A DNA stretch of 64,000 nucleotides from Octopus vulgaris (GCA_951406725.2 OX597828.1:7316001-7380000), one strand, 5' to 3'. Shown: positions 1-13,080, counted from the stretch's first letter. Translations and numbers: made by a program. Notes: generated by a model from the letters alone, not told the origin.

Positions 1-842
1 GTCACAAGCACGATGTTTGCCCGACCTTAACTCCTACATGTAAAGGATTTAAACTGTTAAGGGTAGAAAACATTGATGGCCTAGGTAATGTGCATTATAT
101 GAACAAAAATAGGCTTAAGCCTGTTCTTTTCTTTGAAGACATGTTAATTTGGGAGAATACTTGATTCTCGGGATTATCTCCTCTTTTCACGTACAGCTGG
201 TCTTCATTGCCATTTGATAATTATGACGCATTGCCTACAGGCAGTCACGAATTTATGTTGTATGTTGTTTGATATATGTGTATTGGTCTATCTATTAAAA
301 TACATGCCACTGACCACTCTGGGGTATTTCCTTTCTCACAAATTTGAATTATGCAAATTACCGAGGTCATAAATGTTTTTCACTCTCCTTTTTTTATACA
401 TATATATTTGTTCTTTGGTTACTAAAGATAATGTTGGACAACTGTCATGCAGATAAGAGTTATTAAACCTGAAACCTGTGCCCAGGATTGTCCCCCTTAT
501 ATGCAGGCACTCATCCTGTTCTTTTCATTAATTTTGGAGAACTTTTGATACTTGATATTATCTTCCCTTTTCAAGTAGGCGTGATCTTAATAGCCAAACG
601 AGATCGAGATAATTTTAATAATTCAAGAATTCCTCTCGTAAGCTATTTGACTTGTATGTTATTCATGTCATACATAAAACTTGTATGTTGTTCAAATAAG
701 TACACACCACTGGCCACTTAAGTTTCTCTTTTAGTTGATATATATGAGTGTGTGTGTGCATGTGTTTGTGTTGATGTATACGTATGTAAGCATATATATG
801 TATATATTTGTATAGGTACATACATATGTGTATGCGCACATA

Positions 843-1150
843 TATATAATCATTAACAAGGACAATGGAATGAGCATTTTGTTTTATTACATAGTTTTAC
901 GATTACTTTATCGAAGTGTATTGCTATGTAATAGCAATACACTTGTAAGAATATATTGCAACGGTATCTATATGGGTATTATTACAGAAAATGGATTTTA
1001 TACATAATCCTGAGGAGTCGATATTTTTTTTAGCTATTACACATGTATTATCAATATAACATAACAATACCTTTCCGATAAAATGTTGATGAAACAATTG
1101 TAAAATTCTGTAATATAACTAATTACTCAATGCTTCTTGTTGATTATATA
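843..1150 (+). mobile_element. Penelope-like pseudo-LTR remnant with diverged inverted termini enclosing a hammerhead motif
   Basis: ~843-900 (tatataatca..acaag..tattacatagttttac) loosely reverse-complements ~1100-1150; TA-rich flanks; hammerhead core inside. Confidence 0.5.
1006..1107 (+). ncRNA. Minimal type-I hammerhead ribozyme motif, long stem II
   Basis: CTGAGGA 1010-1016; stem II GTCGATATTTT/AAAATGTTGAT (11 bp with GU pairs); GAAA 1091-1094; C-AATT-G palindromic stem III; GUA site ending 1102; stem I weak. Confidence 0.65.
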
Positions 1151-2204
1151 AAGTTATGTCGCACGTTGGGATGCCTCTACTACTCAACTCTACTACTCTG
1201 TTCTCTCTGATACGTTCTAGTCTACCCTGACGTCTAGGCTTCTCCCACTATATCTACGTATTGGGGCTAGCCTACTTCATTGTCTGGGGGCGTCCACAAA
1301 ACAAAAGTGTATGAATTTTTATGCATTTTCAGATATATCATCAGTAAAATTGTCAAGTTCCCTTTTATACTTTTATCTGATAGCCTGTACCCATGGGTGA
1401 GCTTAATAAAGCAAACTCTAAGTTGAAAACTGAAATGAGATTTATATGTGTGTGTGTCTGTGTGTATGTGTGGTGTGTGAATAAGATAATAAGAATGGAA
1501 AATCACTGTTTAGTGTGACATATCTTTCATAAGTAAGATATACTTCGAATATATGTCCATTGCATCATAACATAAAGACATCTCCTTTCCTACCAGGCAC
1601 GTAACTACCAGATGATAATATTGATTGGAATTGCTGTTGTGTAGCCCTTGTCCTCTTATCAAAATTATTGTCGAGATGATGACTCTTATTAAACCTGAGA
1701 TCCGTCTTTCCGACTGTTCTTGTTTGGAGAATTTTTCATACTTAATATTATCTCCCTTTCTCAAGTGGAAATGGTCTTAACCTTTTGCACACTGTAGGTG
1801 CATCACATCACTATGTGAGTTTTCTCCCCTGTAGCAACAGGGCAGCGGCAGGGTAAACAATTCTTGATAGAATGCAGTGTGATAAAGGTTGATTGCTATG
1901 TTGATTGCTATTGGAGGTGGAGATAATTCCAATTAAGTGAACTCGAAACATTGACTAATAAATCTGCTGATCTATTGATATTCCTTCGAGTGTTCTACAC
2001 AGCACAATTCTATACTGAATGTCAACGAGTTAATGACCAGGGTCTACATAATTCCTATAAACTGGTTTATATATATGTGTGTGTGTGCACGCGCGCGCTT
2101 GTGTTTGTGTGTGTGTGCGCTCGTCTTTGAGTCTGTGTTTTTTCTCCACCACTGCCTGAAAGTCAGTGTTAGTTGGACTTACGACACTTTTGCATAATAG
2201 CAAC

Positions 2205-2294
<90 letters not shown>

Positions 2295-2461
2295 TATATA
2301 TGTAATGTATCTATATATATGTACATATATTAGAAAGTTTTGAGATGATGTACAGGTATTTTATATTAGAAGAAATGAGGAACTCAGAAATTCAGATGGT
2401 TTTATATTTACAGATATTTATTTGTATATTACATGTTTTTATACATCATATAACTTATATC

Positions 2462-2536
2462 ATATATCATATATTAGCGCTTTCGTCCATTCTGGTGGAT
2501 TTTTCAAATGGACGAAAGCGTTAATATATGATATAT
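2462..2536. repeat. 30-bp inverted repeat with degenerate hammerhead on the minus strand (Penelope-like inversion junction)
   Basis: Arms 2462-2491 and 2507-2536, 1 mismatch; minus strand reads TTGAAAA-ATCCA-ccagaa-TGGAC-GAAA-GCGC-TA. Confidence 0.55.
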
Positions 2537-3319
2537 ATATAAATATATATACACATGCATACAGAGAAGCATACATATATGTATATAGATATACGCATAC
2601 TCACACGTGTATACGTGTAAACGTAGATTAAAATACCTTAAAGCGTTTATTCTCATCTTTTTAACATTTATCTGTTTTATGCTATTGTTCAGACATATTT
2701 ATTTGTATGATGCGTGCGTGTATGTATGTGTGTGTGTGTGTGTGCGCGCGCGCACGTGCACGTGAGTTTGAGCACCCAATGGAAGCCACTCTTGGATCAC
2801 TCATTAATGCAGTCATGCTTACAGAAACAGCGTATATGGTTACAGTTTGAACGTATTTGGCCATAAGTATTCTCAGTCGGAGATGACCTGAGTAGAACCA
2901 ATCACAAAATGGCGAAATTTGCATCACAAAATCACAAAATGGCGAAATTTCTGTGTGGGCATCTATATCCGTATTTCTTATGAACGTTATAAATATGTTC
3001 TCAAATAAAAAGAGATTAATTGGTGTCTATCCGATAATTTCTTACCAATTTTAGAATTGTGTTTAGCTCGAAAGTAAAACTGTTCAGTCTTCTTATAAGG
3101 CTTAATTTAATATTCGGCATTTATTTGATGAACTCAGAAATAAAGACCGATGTAAAGAAGGTGGAAGAGAAAAGAAGAAAACGAAATGAGAGGAAGAAAT
3201 AAGGGATGGGGTGGAAGAAAATTCTGGGATAAGAGAAAGAAGGCAAATATTGCGAGAGAGAAAATATGGTGCTAGCGAGCCGAAATAAACGCAAGCAGAA
3301 TCGTAAGAGCATCGGATGG

Positions 3320-3480
3320 AATTATTTTTGGTATTTAGTAATGCTTTTTTTTTTTTTGGATTCTGAACTCAAATTCCTTCGAGTTTGACCCTGCCTTTCA
3401 TACTTCGAGAGTCAATAAAATGAATAACAGCCAATATAATCGATTGTTTCCCTCGTCTAATATTTCTGGTCACTTATTAT
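3320..3480 (+). mobile_element. Degenerate SINE family B fragment
   Basis: ttctgaactcaaattcc...tgcctttcatacttcgagagtcaataaaatgaataacag resembles family B body. Confidence 0.5.
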
Positions 3481-5704
3481 ACCACGAATTCACTCCATCA
3501 CTCACTACGTTACTGTATTACCTAATATGTACTATTCGACGGCGTAAAGCCATAACTTTATAAGAAGGAGTATAATTCTGTAACGTTTATACTTTGTTCC
3601 ACGGGCAATTGCGGTGTGAATCGTAAAATGTTTCGCATTTGTGCTGTCTGGAAATATTTTAGAGATGAAGTCTTGTGTTGAAACTGATGTAGATATGTTT
3701 TGAGAGGATCATACTGTCAATAAAAACACACACATTGATTATGTTTCACTTCACTTTAATTGCAAATTTATTAGAAAATTTATCAATAATGAGGTAAAAC
3801 GAACAAACGCAAAACAACAATGAAACCTGATCGTAAATAACCGCACTTCTTGTTTCCTGAGTGTTAGGGTTGTGTTGTTGTTCATCCTCAGATCAGCCGT
3901 GAATAATTGAACATATGAACAAACGATTATTCTGCTTTGATTCGGGTATCATTTTTTAATATTAGCTTATCTAAATTAGCCTTAGATATAATCTTAAAAA
4001 CGGTAGGGTTTAATAGAAGCAAAATTTGTATTCTACTTCTACTAAGCCAGACTACGTTGATATTTCTACTATGCCAGAGTAGAACTGCACTGTAGTTATT
4101 AAATGTAGCTCAGTTGTACACTAGTGTATTGTGAAGTGTAGTGAGGTGTGCTCACAAAAGTAACAGAATTATCTAGTTTAAAATAGTGCTGAAATACAAA
4201 GTGATGATGAAATGAGATTATATTTATCTCAAATACGTCCAAATATAGATGACCGTGCTTTTAAATTACCATTCCTTTACTATGTTCTTCAACGATAGCA
4301 GAATGTAGACAATTTCAGCAAAAATATATCAATTTCATATTTCTCATTGGTAAAAATGCTTCATTTTTTAAAATAAATAAATAAATGATTAATAATTTAG
4401 TGAAGTCTTGATTTCATTTATAAGCTAGAATATATAAATATTTTTTTCAAGCATAATTTTATTCGCTCTCAAGTATGCTGTAAATAAAAGGCAAACTTAA
4501 AGGACTTAAGGATCGAGAGGAGTCTTTGTTAGTTCACATCCGCTTTAAGGCAATATAAATTGAAGAGTATTAAAGTTATAAGTCGAAGGCTTCAGTTTTA
4601 TAAGAGGAAATAATGAGATTATATAACATTCATGCCTTTCATAAAATTATTTTGAACCTAAGTAAATAGAAATAACAAACTTACAGGAAACGAATTCAGG
4701 CCGTGGACTCTGTCTGCTCTCTAGGAATTTGGTTTGGTTCTTCGGCATCTATATTCTGTAACACCTAATATCAAATAACCAGACCGGACGGAAACACTTT
4801 ACTAACCTCTGTAATTTAGCTTTCATCTTAATTCCGTACTATATGATCAGTGAAGACAATAATTTATAGACTTCTATCGAATTACTTTAAAACACCTCTT
4901 TGCTTATAAATTGACCAATTTGTTATAGTATTAGTGTTAATACATATTCTCGTGGTTGGCTGCTTGTCTCGTGAGCTGAACTATTTAACAATGAGATATT
5001 ACTATGTACGGAAGGTACATAGTTAACTTTGTTTACTCTTTGATTTTACTTCAAGTTTATGAGAATCGTATAAGAGCCTTATCCGCCTACCCTGTGTACG
5101 TTGATAGCTGTAGTGCAGAAGCAATAGCAACAGGGACGAGAGAGGGGTCGAAGGAAGGGGGCAGTCAGAAGAAAGAAAACAGAGAGGAGAATACAGTTTC
5201 ATTGCGAGGGAAGGTTTACTTATTACGTTCTTTTAAATTAATCACTATTTATTAAATTAGAGGAAACTTTGGGGCACTGATTACGTGCAGGTAACTTTGA
5301 GATGTTGATTGAATCAAATTGCATGGTATCACACGGCCAAGAGAGGTCAACAGTTTGTATTGTGTCAAAGGTATTTCATTGTGCCCTTGGCTAAGACATT
5401 TAACTATGTACATAGCCTAATGGTGAGCAAGAGCCACAGGGAAAGAAAAAACTCCTTATTTCTAACAGCAGTAGCAAAATAATTTTGTGTGACTAAAAGG
5501 AGAGCTTTTCTGCTAATTACAGGAATAATCTCAATTAATCGATGTTTCCTAACTCCCTATATTATATATGCGCGGTTATCGTAAAAAGACAAACGTGGGC
5601 ATTTCTTTTAATCTGAAGAAGTCAGTTTTTCTCCATATCTAAATATAGAGAATTTCTTCCAGAAAGAATGAAAGAAAATAAAAAATAAAAAATAAGAATA
5701 TTCA

Positions 5705-5795
5705 CGGAGAATCGAACCCAGTACTTGCTGGTACTTTATTTATCAACCTCGAAAGGAATAAAAGTGAAATTTACCTGGGGAGGATTTGACCTCAG
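5705..5795 (-). mobile_element. SINE family B fragment
   Basis: ctggtactttatttatcaacctcgaaaggaataaaagtgaaatttacc is reverse complement of family B core. Confidence 0.55.
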
Positions 5796-6271
5796 ACCAT
5801 GTTAGTCGACTTTCAAAGGACGCTTGAATTTATAATTAGTGGTCCCTAAAGTTTTCTTCGGATTGTGTTACATTAGTTTAGACTACTTAAGTAAAGGTCA
5901 CCCCGATGATTTGAATGGTCTCATAAACCAACTCAATTTTATCGTAGACATGTTGTCTCATCTCTTCTTTTTACCTACTTCAGTAGTCTTTGCTCCTCAG
6001 ATTTAGCTAGTTATATATATATATATATATATATATATGCGTGTGTGTGTGTGTGTGTGTGTAACATTCACCCATCTCCAGCCTAAACCATCCTATCTCT
6101 TCTGCTATCGTCACTTATCAGCCATATCAATCACACCAATCTCGAAGGACTCACCTCCCAACTAAAACTTTCACAGGCAAAAAATTCACACCAGTACACA
6201 AATATACATCCATCCATATTACATATATATGTGTGTATTTATGTATACACATATATACACATACATACATC

Positions 6272-6348
<77 letters not shown>

Positions 6349-6579
6349 TTTATTTATTTATATGTATATGATTAGTGTGTGTGTGTGTGTGTATGATAGT
6401 GTCTGGGAATTAACTTTTCTTTGATACCAATAGAGTTGTCTGGCTAATGTGTCATGTTGGATTAATGTGTTTAATACCGTCTTATCTAACCAAATATAAA
6501 GTAAAGTATGTAGTCTGTAATTTTAGAGAGAAGAACTCAACATTCAACACGTTAACCAGTCATAAATAATGCTGTATCT

Positions 6580-6623
<44 letters not shown>

Positions 6624-8914
6624 ACGAAATATTACTCATAAAGCACACGCACACAAACATTGATAAATGAAACACATGTGTATATATTTCTACAGACACA
6701 TACTCACACAGAAACAGATAAACTGCCGGTATCGTTGTCGTATTTTTTATGCCAGGACGGTCCTGACTGAACAGGCCCATGTTAAAAGATCTCCGAATCA
6801 TGAGTCTTTCTCCTATGTGCAGAGAGTTCAGAATCGGATCGCCCGGCTTACATATTTTTTAGTGATAGCAGGGAAAAGTTTAAAAGAAACTTGGTAGCTA
6901 TTTCCAGCATATCAAGCAACGTCAAACAGGATCTCTCACTGGCTCGCCAAAATGTAGATTTGATTGTTAATATTGTGCCGTACTACTGATACGATACAAA
7001 TTCCATAGAAACTACTTCATCAGGTGTGATGGTCTTCTTTGAGGTAAGGTTGTACAATGATCTACTAGTAATTGGTAATAAATATCACAATTGGTGCGGT
7101 TGTCACTGTTGTTGCATGCTAATACATTATAATTACTGCTTTTAGCTGAAACATTTTTCTTCTGTTGCAGTGATTAACCTGAATATGGAAGTGGAATTGA
7201 CAAATCGATTTGGTTGGATAGAAGTGCTGTCAGTTCCACGGTGTGACTAATCGATGAACAAGAATAAAGCATCAGCGAAGAAAACGATCACAATTTTGGC
7301 CTGGCAAAAGAAGTTCTAGGAAAATATCGCATTTCAGTTTTTAAAAATCCATAATAATTAGTAATTCGTATTTATTTGCTGTCACAGTAAAGAAATGACA
7401 AAAAGAGAGTGAGTGATATTAGAAATAAAATGAAAGTGATTGGAAGGATGAGGTGATTGTCCCACTACCTTGATGGGAAAACAGGGAAAAGGTAAATGAG
7501 AATGAGAGAATTATGATGAGAATGATTAGGAGCAAAAGGTTAGCTTTATTTTGCTTTAAGCAGGATATGTAACAGAAAAACAATATCTTGATAAATAACC
7601 CGGCATTTTGTTATGAATTTTGTGTTAAATGATAATTCCGGATAAATGATAATTAATGTAAATATTTCAGTGATTTGTAAATAACATTTTAATCTTTTTG
7701 TACAAGTAATATTATTTTTGATTATTATTTTTTTATACCATTAAACTGTTTGTAAAAAAAAAAAAGAGCTGTTTATGCTATTATATACCCTTTATATTTA
7801 TTTTTGTGACCCTTTATTTTATTTTTGTGTGTTGACATGCACTATCACATTTACAAATTTTGGGGTTCAGATTTTTATTTAAGATCAAAACGTAATGTTT
7901 TAGTATTAAGTACAAAGTGCAAAGTCTTTTAGGTAAGATATTTGTCAATAGTTTCACCAATCGTTCTGCCTATTCACTGTAAGTAATACAACTAGCAGTT
8001 AAAATAATTAAACAAATATCCTCTGTGTGAAAAGTCTGGCTGCATACACGTTAGCATATGTCAGGTGCATACAATTGACAACACAGTTAATTAAGATTTA
8101 TTCAGTGAGTTCTATTCAACACATGTTTACACGTGGAATCCATTAGATGAAGGCATTTTCAAAGTTTTGGCCGATAAAGTTGAACTGAAAAACCCTACAA
8201 CGAGGCATAAATTGCACGAAGCCGTTTTGCAGTCTTGGGAAGAGCTATCTGAGCGGAAAATTCGTGGATGTATTCAACATCAAACTTGTGTTCGGCGTCA
8301 AATAGTTGACTGTCGTGGTGGTAACAGATTCGTGTAATAAATTTTGTGTTTATTTTTGTTTCATAATATATATTTTTTCGGATGCAGCCAGACTTTTCAC
8401 ACATTTTAATGCACTTATTAAATGACAACACATTAATTGCATGTCATGATAATATAGCACGTATAAATGAAAGCATTACTCGTATGTAAGAAAAAAAAAC
8501 AGTCCTGTTTTATTCAATAAAACACATGAAAAAAAACCCATTCGATCAGTCAATAGTCTTCAAGCCTTTTCCCCCTCTGACCTTTTTCCTCCCCATGACC
8601 GTTTCACCTGTGCGTTTTTGTCGGCTGAAAATGTTTTTCATGGTTTCGACTGACCTTGTATTTTATGGTTTTTGATGCAAACAAACAGAAACCCGTGAGT
8701 ACGGGGCTTTCCGTTTATATACACGAAGGAGACAAATCAATCTTCGATAGAAGCCTCTCTGCCAACAGACAAATTTTATGAAACTCAGTCTCTGAAAAAA
8801 TATAGAGTCCAAAGAATCTAGTGATGAACTGTGGCTAAAAAGAAAAAAAAATCAAGTAAGTATAATGAATTTCATAAAATTGAATAAAATCTTGTTCTAT
8901 AAGTCGAAGTGTTT

Positions 8915-9320
8915 TATAACATTATGGACAGGGCCTTTTATTACGTGTATCGTGAAGTGAAATGCGTCCTAACATTACAGATTGTCTTTCGTTACACACG
9001 TGCCGTGAGGGGAAATTTAACATTATGGGCAGGGCTTTTATAAGACGTATACTGTAAAGTACATTTTAACTTTTCGGACAAATCACTTCATCACATGGTA
9101 ACTTATACATTACGTAGAGGGATTTTCAACAAGTGTACCTTGAAATGAGATGTACTCTCACATTCTGTGAAGGGCGTTCGTTACATATGGTAACAAATGA
9201 GATGTACTTAAACACGACAGAAGATGTCTTTCATCGCGTGACTATGAAAGGAGAACTCTTATAACATTACGGACAGGGCCTTTCAAAATCAGACGTTTTC
9301 TAAAATTGTTGACAGGGCTA
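8915..9320 (+). repeat. Degenerate repeat cluster with recurring taacattaYggRcagggc
   Basis: Motif near 8917, 9018 and 9262; aaatgagatgtact occurs twice. Confidence 0.5.
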
Positions 9321-9492
9321 TTCGCTTTCTGTGCTGTCAGCAATGTACATATCGGAGCAAGGTAAGTCTCTGTCCCAAAAAAAGTGTGGGGGGTGGCTGC
9401 GTAGAAGGTGGGAATTCTCACGCCATGGGCCACGAACTTTTCCGATTTGTTGCTGTCTCATTTTCAATCAAGTATTCCTTGTGCATTCATTT

Positions 9493-9587
9493 TCTTCTTC
9501 TTCTTCTTCTTCTTCTTCTTCTTCTTCTTCTTCTTCTTCTTCTTCTTCTTCTTCTTCTTCTTCTTCTTCTTCTTCTTCTTCTTCTTC
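9493..9587. repeat. (CTT)n microsatellite
   Basis: Direct reading. Confidence 0.95.
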
Positions 9588-10370
9588 TCCAAAAAGGCTT
9601 CCAGTTCAATTTCTGAGCCGGCTAGCGTGTTGTGTCCTTGAGCAAAGCACTTCATTTCGCTGTCCTCTAACATATTCATTTGCAAACGAATATCAGTTAG
9701 TGGCCGATACTCATTTACAGAGGACTGGTTTGTAGCCCCCTCCCTTCCCTGAGTATTCAGTTGAGTGAAGAGTGACTGGGCTGAGAGGCTACTTATCTTT
9801 ACCCTTAGCTACAAAGACACCAAAAACAAATTGCAAAATATGGTACGTTACTGAGCCATACTCTCTGCCAAGCAATAATTGGCTTACTTTATTGCATATT
9901 ATGAGCAAGTCTGCGGTTAATTGTGTTGACCGAAGTGTTACTGTATAAAGAACCACATTCTGGTGCAACTTTCTTTCAAAAGTTATTGGAAAAATGTGAG
10001 CGATAAGTATATCGAAAGACAGCAACCGAAACTTGCATAGCAACAATAAATGTAACATCACATAGCAACTTACAGTTATACTCTGGACTTGAGCCGAAAA
10101 CGAGAAGGAAAAGACAGACATCTATCTTGAACAGATATTAGATAAAGAGGATAGGAACGGCGTATTCGCCAGTACCAACATGATAAGCAGCTGGTGAAAG
10201 GTTCTAGGTCGATAAACCAGTTTCATTCATTCATTCATGCAAGGAAATATCAACGTGGTTGCTCGAGCGGATAAAAATAGCAAATTTATTTCTCTCTAAT
10301 TACACCCCATTGTTCTAGAAAAAAAAAAACAGAACATATTGGATAAAGTTGTCTAGACACCCCAGGAAAT

Positions 10371-10497
10371 CGTGTTTGTGTGGTAAGAAACTTGCTTTCT
10401 AACCACATGGCTCCGGGTTCAGTCCCACTGCGTCGCACTTTGGGCGAGTCTCGAGCCGACCAAAGCCGTGTGAGTGGATTTGATAGATGGAAACTAT
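10371..10497 (+). mobile_element. SINE family A 5' half (tRNA-like head, CORE-like segment); tail probably at 12430-12657
   Basis: tgtgtggtaagaaacttgc...ccgggttcagtcccactgcg...gtgagtggatttgatagatggaaact matches complete copies at 16090 and 43540. Confidence 0.8.
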
Positions 10498-10512
10498 GTA
10501 TGTATGTATATC

Positions 10513-10546
<34 letters not shown>

Positions 10547-10595
10547 TGTATGTATGTATGTATGTATGTATGTATGTATATATGTATGTATATAT

Positions 10596-10682
<87 letters not shown>

Positions 10683-10693
10683 ACATATATATA

Positions 10694-11572
10694 CATGGTC
10701 TGATCAATAAGTATCCGAACTGTTGCCATAGTAACGAAGCTAAAGCACGCAGAGTGAAACCGCATGACACAGATTGACCTTGAACTCCAGTGTGCATGCG
10801 TACTAAGTTTTAAAGGTCTAGCTCACTGCTGTTGTTTGCAGCAGTACTTGGAAGGAAGGTGTGTGACATGTGATCGTCGCATTGACCACGACAGAGAGAG
10901 TTAAGCAGAGAATCTGCATCAAATATTGCCAAAAGCTTGGCGATTCCTGCTGAGAGGCCTACGCAAAGTTTTCAAAAAGTTTTCAACATTCTCGACTCAA
11001 TCAAGATCTTAAGCATTTGAAACTCGAGTTTTTTTGGTCAGTTGATAGCAGTTTTGACAGACATGCTTCTCATACCCAAATCTTCAGTGATAATGGACTG
11101 AACTGAACCGTAACTAATCTGCACATTCTCTGATAACACGCGGATAGTGATTCGACAAGTTCCTCTCACAGCTACACGCACATCTGCGATGGTTTTCTCA
11201 GTTCTGCTGGTTGCGGGTCTCTCAGAACGTTCGTCAATATCGACATTTTCTCGGTCATCTTGGAACAGTAAGAACCACTTGTACACTTGTGTGTGGCTCA
11301 TACACCCCTTTCCATAGACTACCTGCAACTTTGCGAGGGCCTCTGGACAGGTATCGCCATGACAACCTTCTCTGTCATGGTCAATGTGACAACCACTCGC
11401 TACACACCTTCCTTACGAGCACTGCTGTAAACAGCGGAAGTGAGCTGGAACGTTAAAGGTTAGTGCACATGCACAACTGAGTTCAAGGTCAATATTTGCC
11501 AAGCGGCTTCACTCTGCGTGCTTTCGCTTCGCTAATATGGCAACAGTATAGAAACTTATTGATCAGACCTCA
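10694..11572. mobile_element. Mariner-derived foldback non-autonomous element made of two inverted 5' ends, TA TSD
   Basis: TA|CATGGTCTGATCAATAAGT...ACTTATTGATCAGACCTCA|TA; arms ~10694-10969 and ~11327-11572 are inverted homologues; minus ORF 11038-11328 encodes mariner N-terminal HTH (SHTQVYKWF..F..DRENVDIDERS.RP). Confidence 0.85.
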
Positions 11573-11589
11573 TATATATATATATAGCA

Positions 11590-11636
11590 AAAACTGTCCG
11601 ATGAACGGCAACGGGAAACTCAGAGTAACAAGTTTT
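11590..11636 (+). ncRNA. Type-I hammerhead motif, CCGAUGA (U4C) core
   Basis: AAAACTGT-CCGATGA-ACG GCAA CGG-GAAA-CTCAGAG-TA-ACAAGTTTT; near-identical to 40370-40416. Confidence 0.7.
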
Positions 11637-11777
11637 GGTGAATTTTCTGCTGCTTTAAATAAAGTATATATATATACTAATAATAATATAGGATGAAGTT
11701 TTTTCTCTACAGAAAAGAATTCCATCAAGAAATGTGGTAGCATATTAAAAAGTACCTTTACGGTTAAAATTATAAAC

Positions 11778-12120
11778 ATCTTATAAGCAAGGGCTAAAGA
11801 AGATTATTCCAAAGCCAATATACTGATTTTCCACATATAATCCACTTGCTGCAAAAAAATTGAACTGAAGTAGGGTAACTAACCGTGTTCTTTGCTTTGG
11901 CTTTTTCCATAGGCGCATGTAAGTATCTTACTTATATTCTCTCGTAAGCTCTACCGATGAAGAATGAATCCTTTATGAGATTAATTCCGAAATTGATTCA
12001 ATATAGAGATAACGAAATTTAAATATACTTCAGTTCAATTTTTCTGTAGCAAGTGGATTATATGTGGAAAATCAGTATATTGGCTTTGGAATAATCTTCT
12101 TTAGCCCTTGCTTATAAGAT
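11778..12120. repeat. 95-bp inverted repeat (Penelope-like inverted pseudo-LTR) with a hammerhead in its loop
   Basis: 11778-11872 reverse-complements 12026-12120 with 2 mismatches; followed by (TA)n. Confidence 0.9.
11949..12008 (+). ncRNA. Type-I hammerhead motif, CCGAUGA (U4C) core, three helices
   Basis: Stem I CTCTA/TAGAG; CCGATGA 11954-11960; stem II GAAT/ATTC plus AATC/GATT; GAAA 11989-11992; stem III ATTG/CAAT; AUA site ending 12003. Confidence 0.7.
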
Positions 12121-12129
12121 ATATATATA

Positions 12130-12162
<33 letters not shown>

Positions 12163-12306
12163 AACATAAATACGAGGTCTGGGGCAGCTCTTCCGTTTGC
12201 CGCTCGCAGACCCCACAAAAACACATATTCCCTACGGCAGACCCAAAAGTGGTGCCCCTTTAAAAGTCCCGCCCGGGGTGGACAGCCCCTACCACCCCCC
12301 AGTTAG

Positions 12307-12403
<97 letters not shown>

Positions 12404-12429
12404 CATATATACATGCACGTTTGTGTGTG

Positions 12430-12657
12430 TGTCTATGTGTTTGTAACTGTCACCCACCATTGCCTAACAACCAATGCTGGTGTGTTTATGTTTCCATCAA
12501 CTTAGCTGTTCGGCAAAAGATGCTGATAGAATAATTATTAGACTTAAAAATTAAATTAGAAGAAATCGTACTGGGATCGATTCATTCGACAAAATTTCTT
12601 CAAGGTGATGTTCCAGAATGGTCACACTCTAATGAATGAAACAACTGAACGATAAAA
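12430..12657 (+). mobile_element. SINE family A 3' half
   Basis: acaaccaatgctggtgtgtttatg...aacttagctgttcggcaaaaga...gatagaataa matches family A tail. Confidence 0.75.
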
Positions 12658-12696
12658 GCTAAACGATAAAAAGTATATGATGTTCACTTATCATAT

Positions 12697-13080
12697 GCCC
12701 TGAATGAGGTTGGTCTTCAAGGGACAAGTGACCATTCCTAAAACGTAAAAACCACTTGTTAACTTGTGTTTTGCTCATGGCAGCGTCCTTGTAAGCTGTT
12801 TGAAGCATGACAGCTGTTTCGGCTGCCGTTTCCCCCAGCAGAAAACAGAATTTCACAGAAGCACGTTGTTCCTTCGTTTCAGCCAACACAAAAATCGACG
12901 AACACAGCAGAAGCACTGCAAAACAAAGACACACCACGTGACAATACCACATCACCCGACGATGCTGGTGGGCAGTCTGATGCTTGGGGCCGCATCAAGT
13001 GCCTTCTAACGGCAGAAACTTGAACTGCAATAGATTTGTCCCACAGAGAACTTTTCCGGTTACTTTTGGGTACACCCTAG
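12697..13080 (-). mobile_element. Mariner 5' fragment (TIR plus transposase N-terminus)
   Basis: Minus strand TA|CTAGGGTGTACCCAAAAGTAACCGG; ORF EQRASVKFCFLLGETAAETAVMLQTAY..AMSKTQVNKWFLRFRNG..LEDQPHSG. Confidence 0.85.

Noticed and set aside
6985-7027. Minus-strand CTGATGA-A-GTAG..CTAT hammerhead-like start
   Set aside because: GAAA is broken and stems I and III cannot be formed
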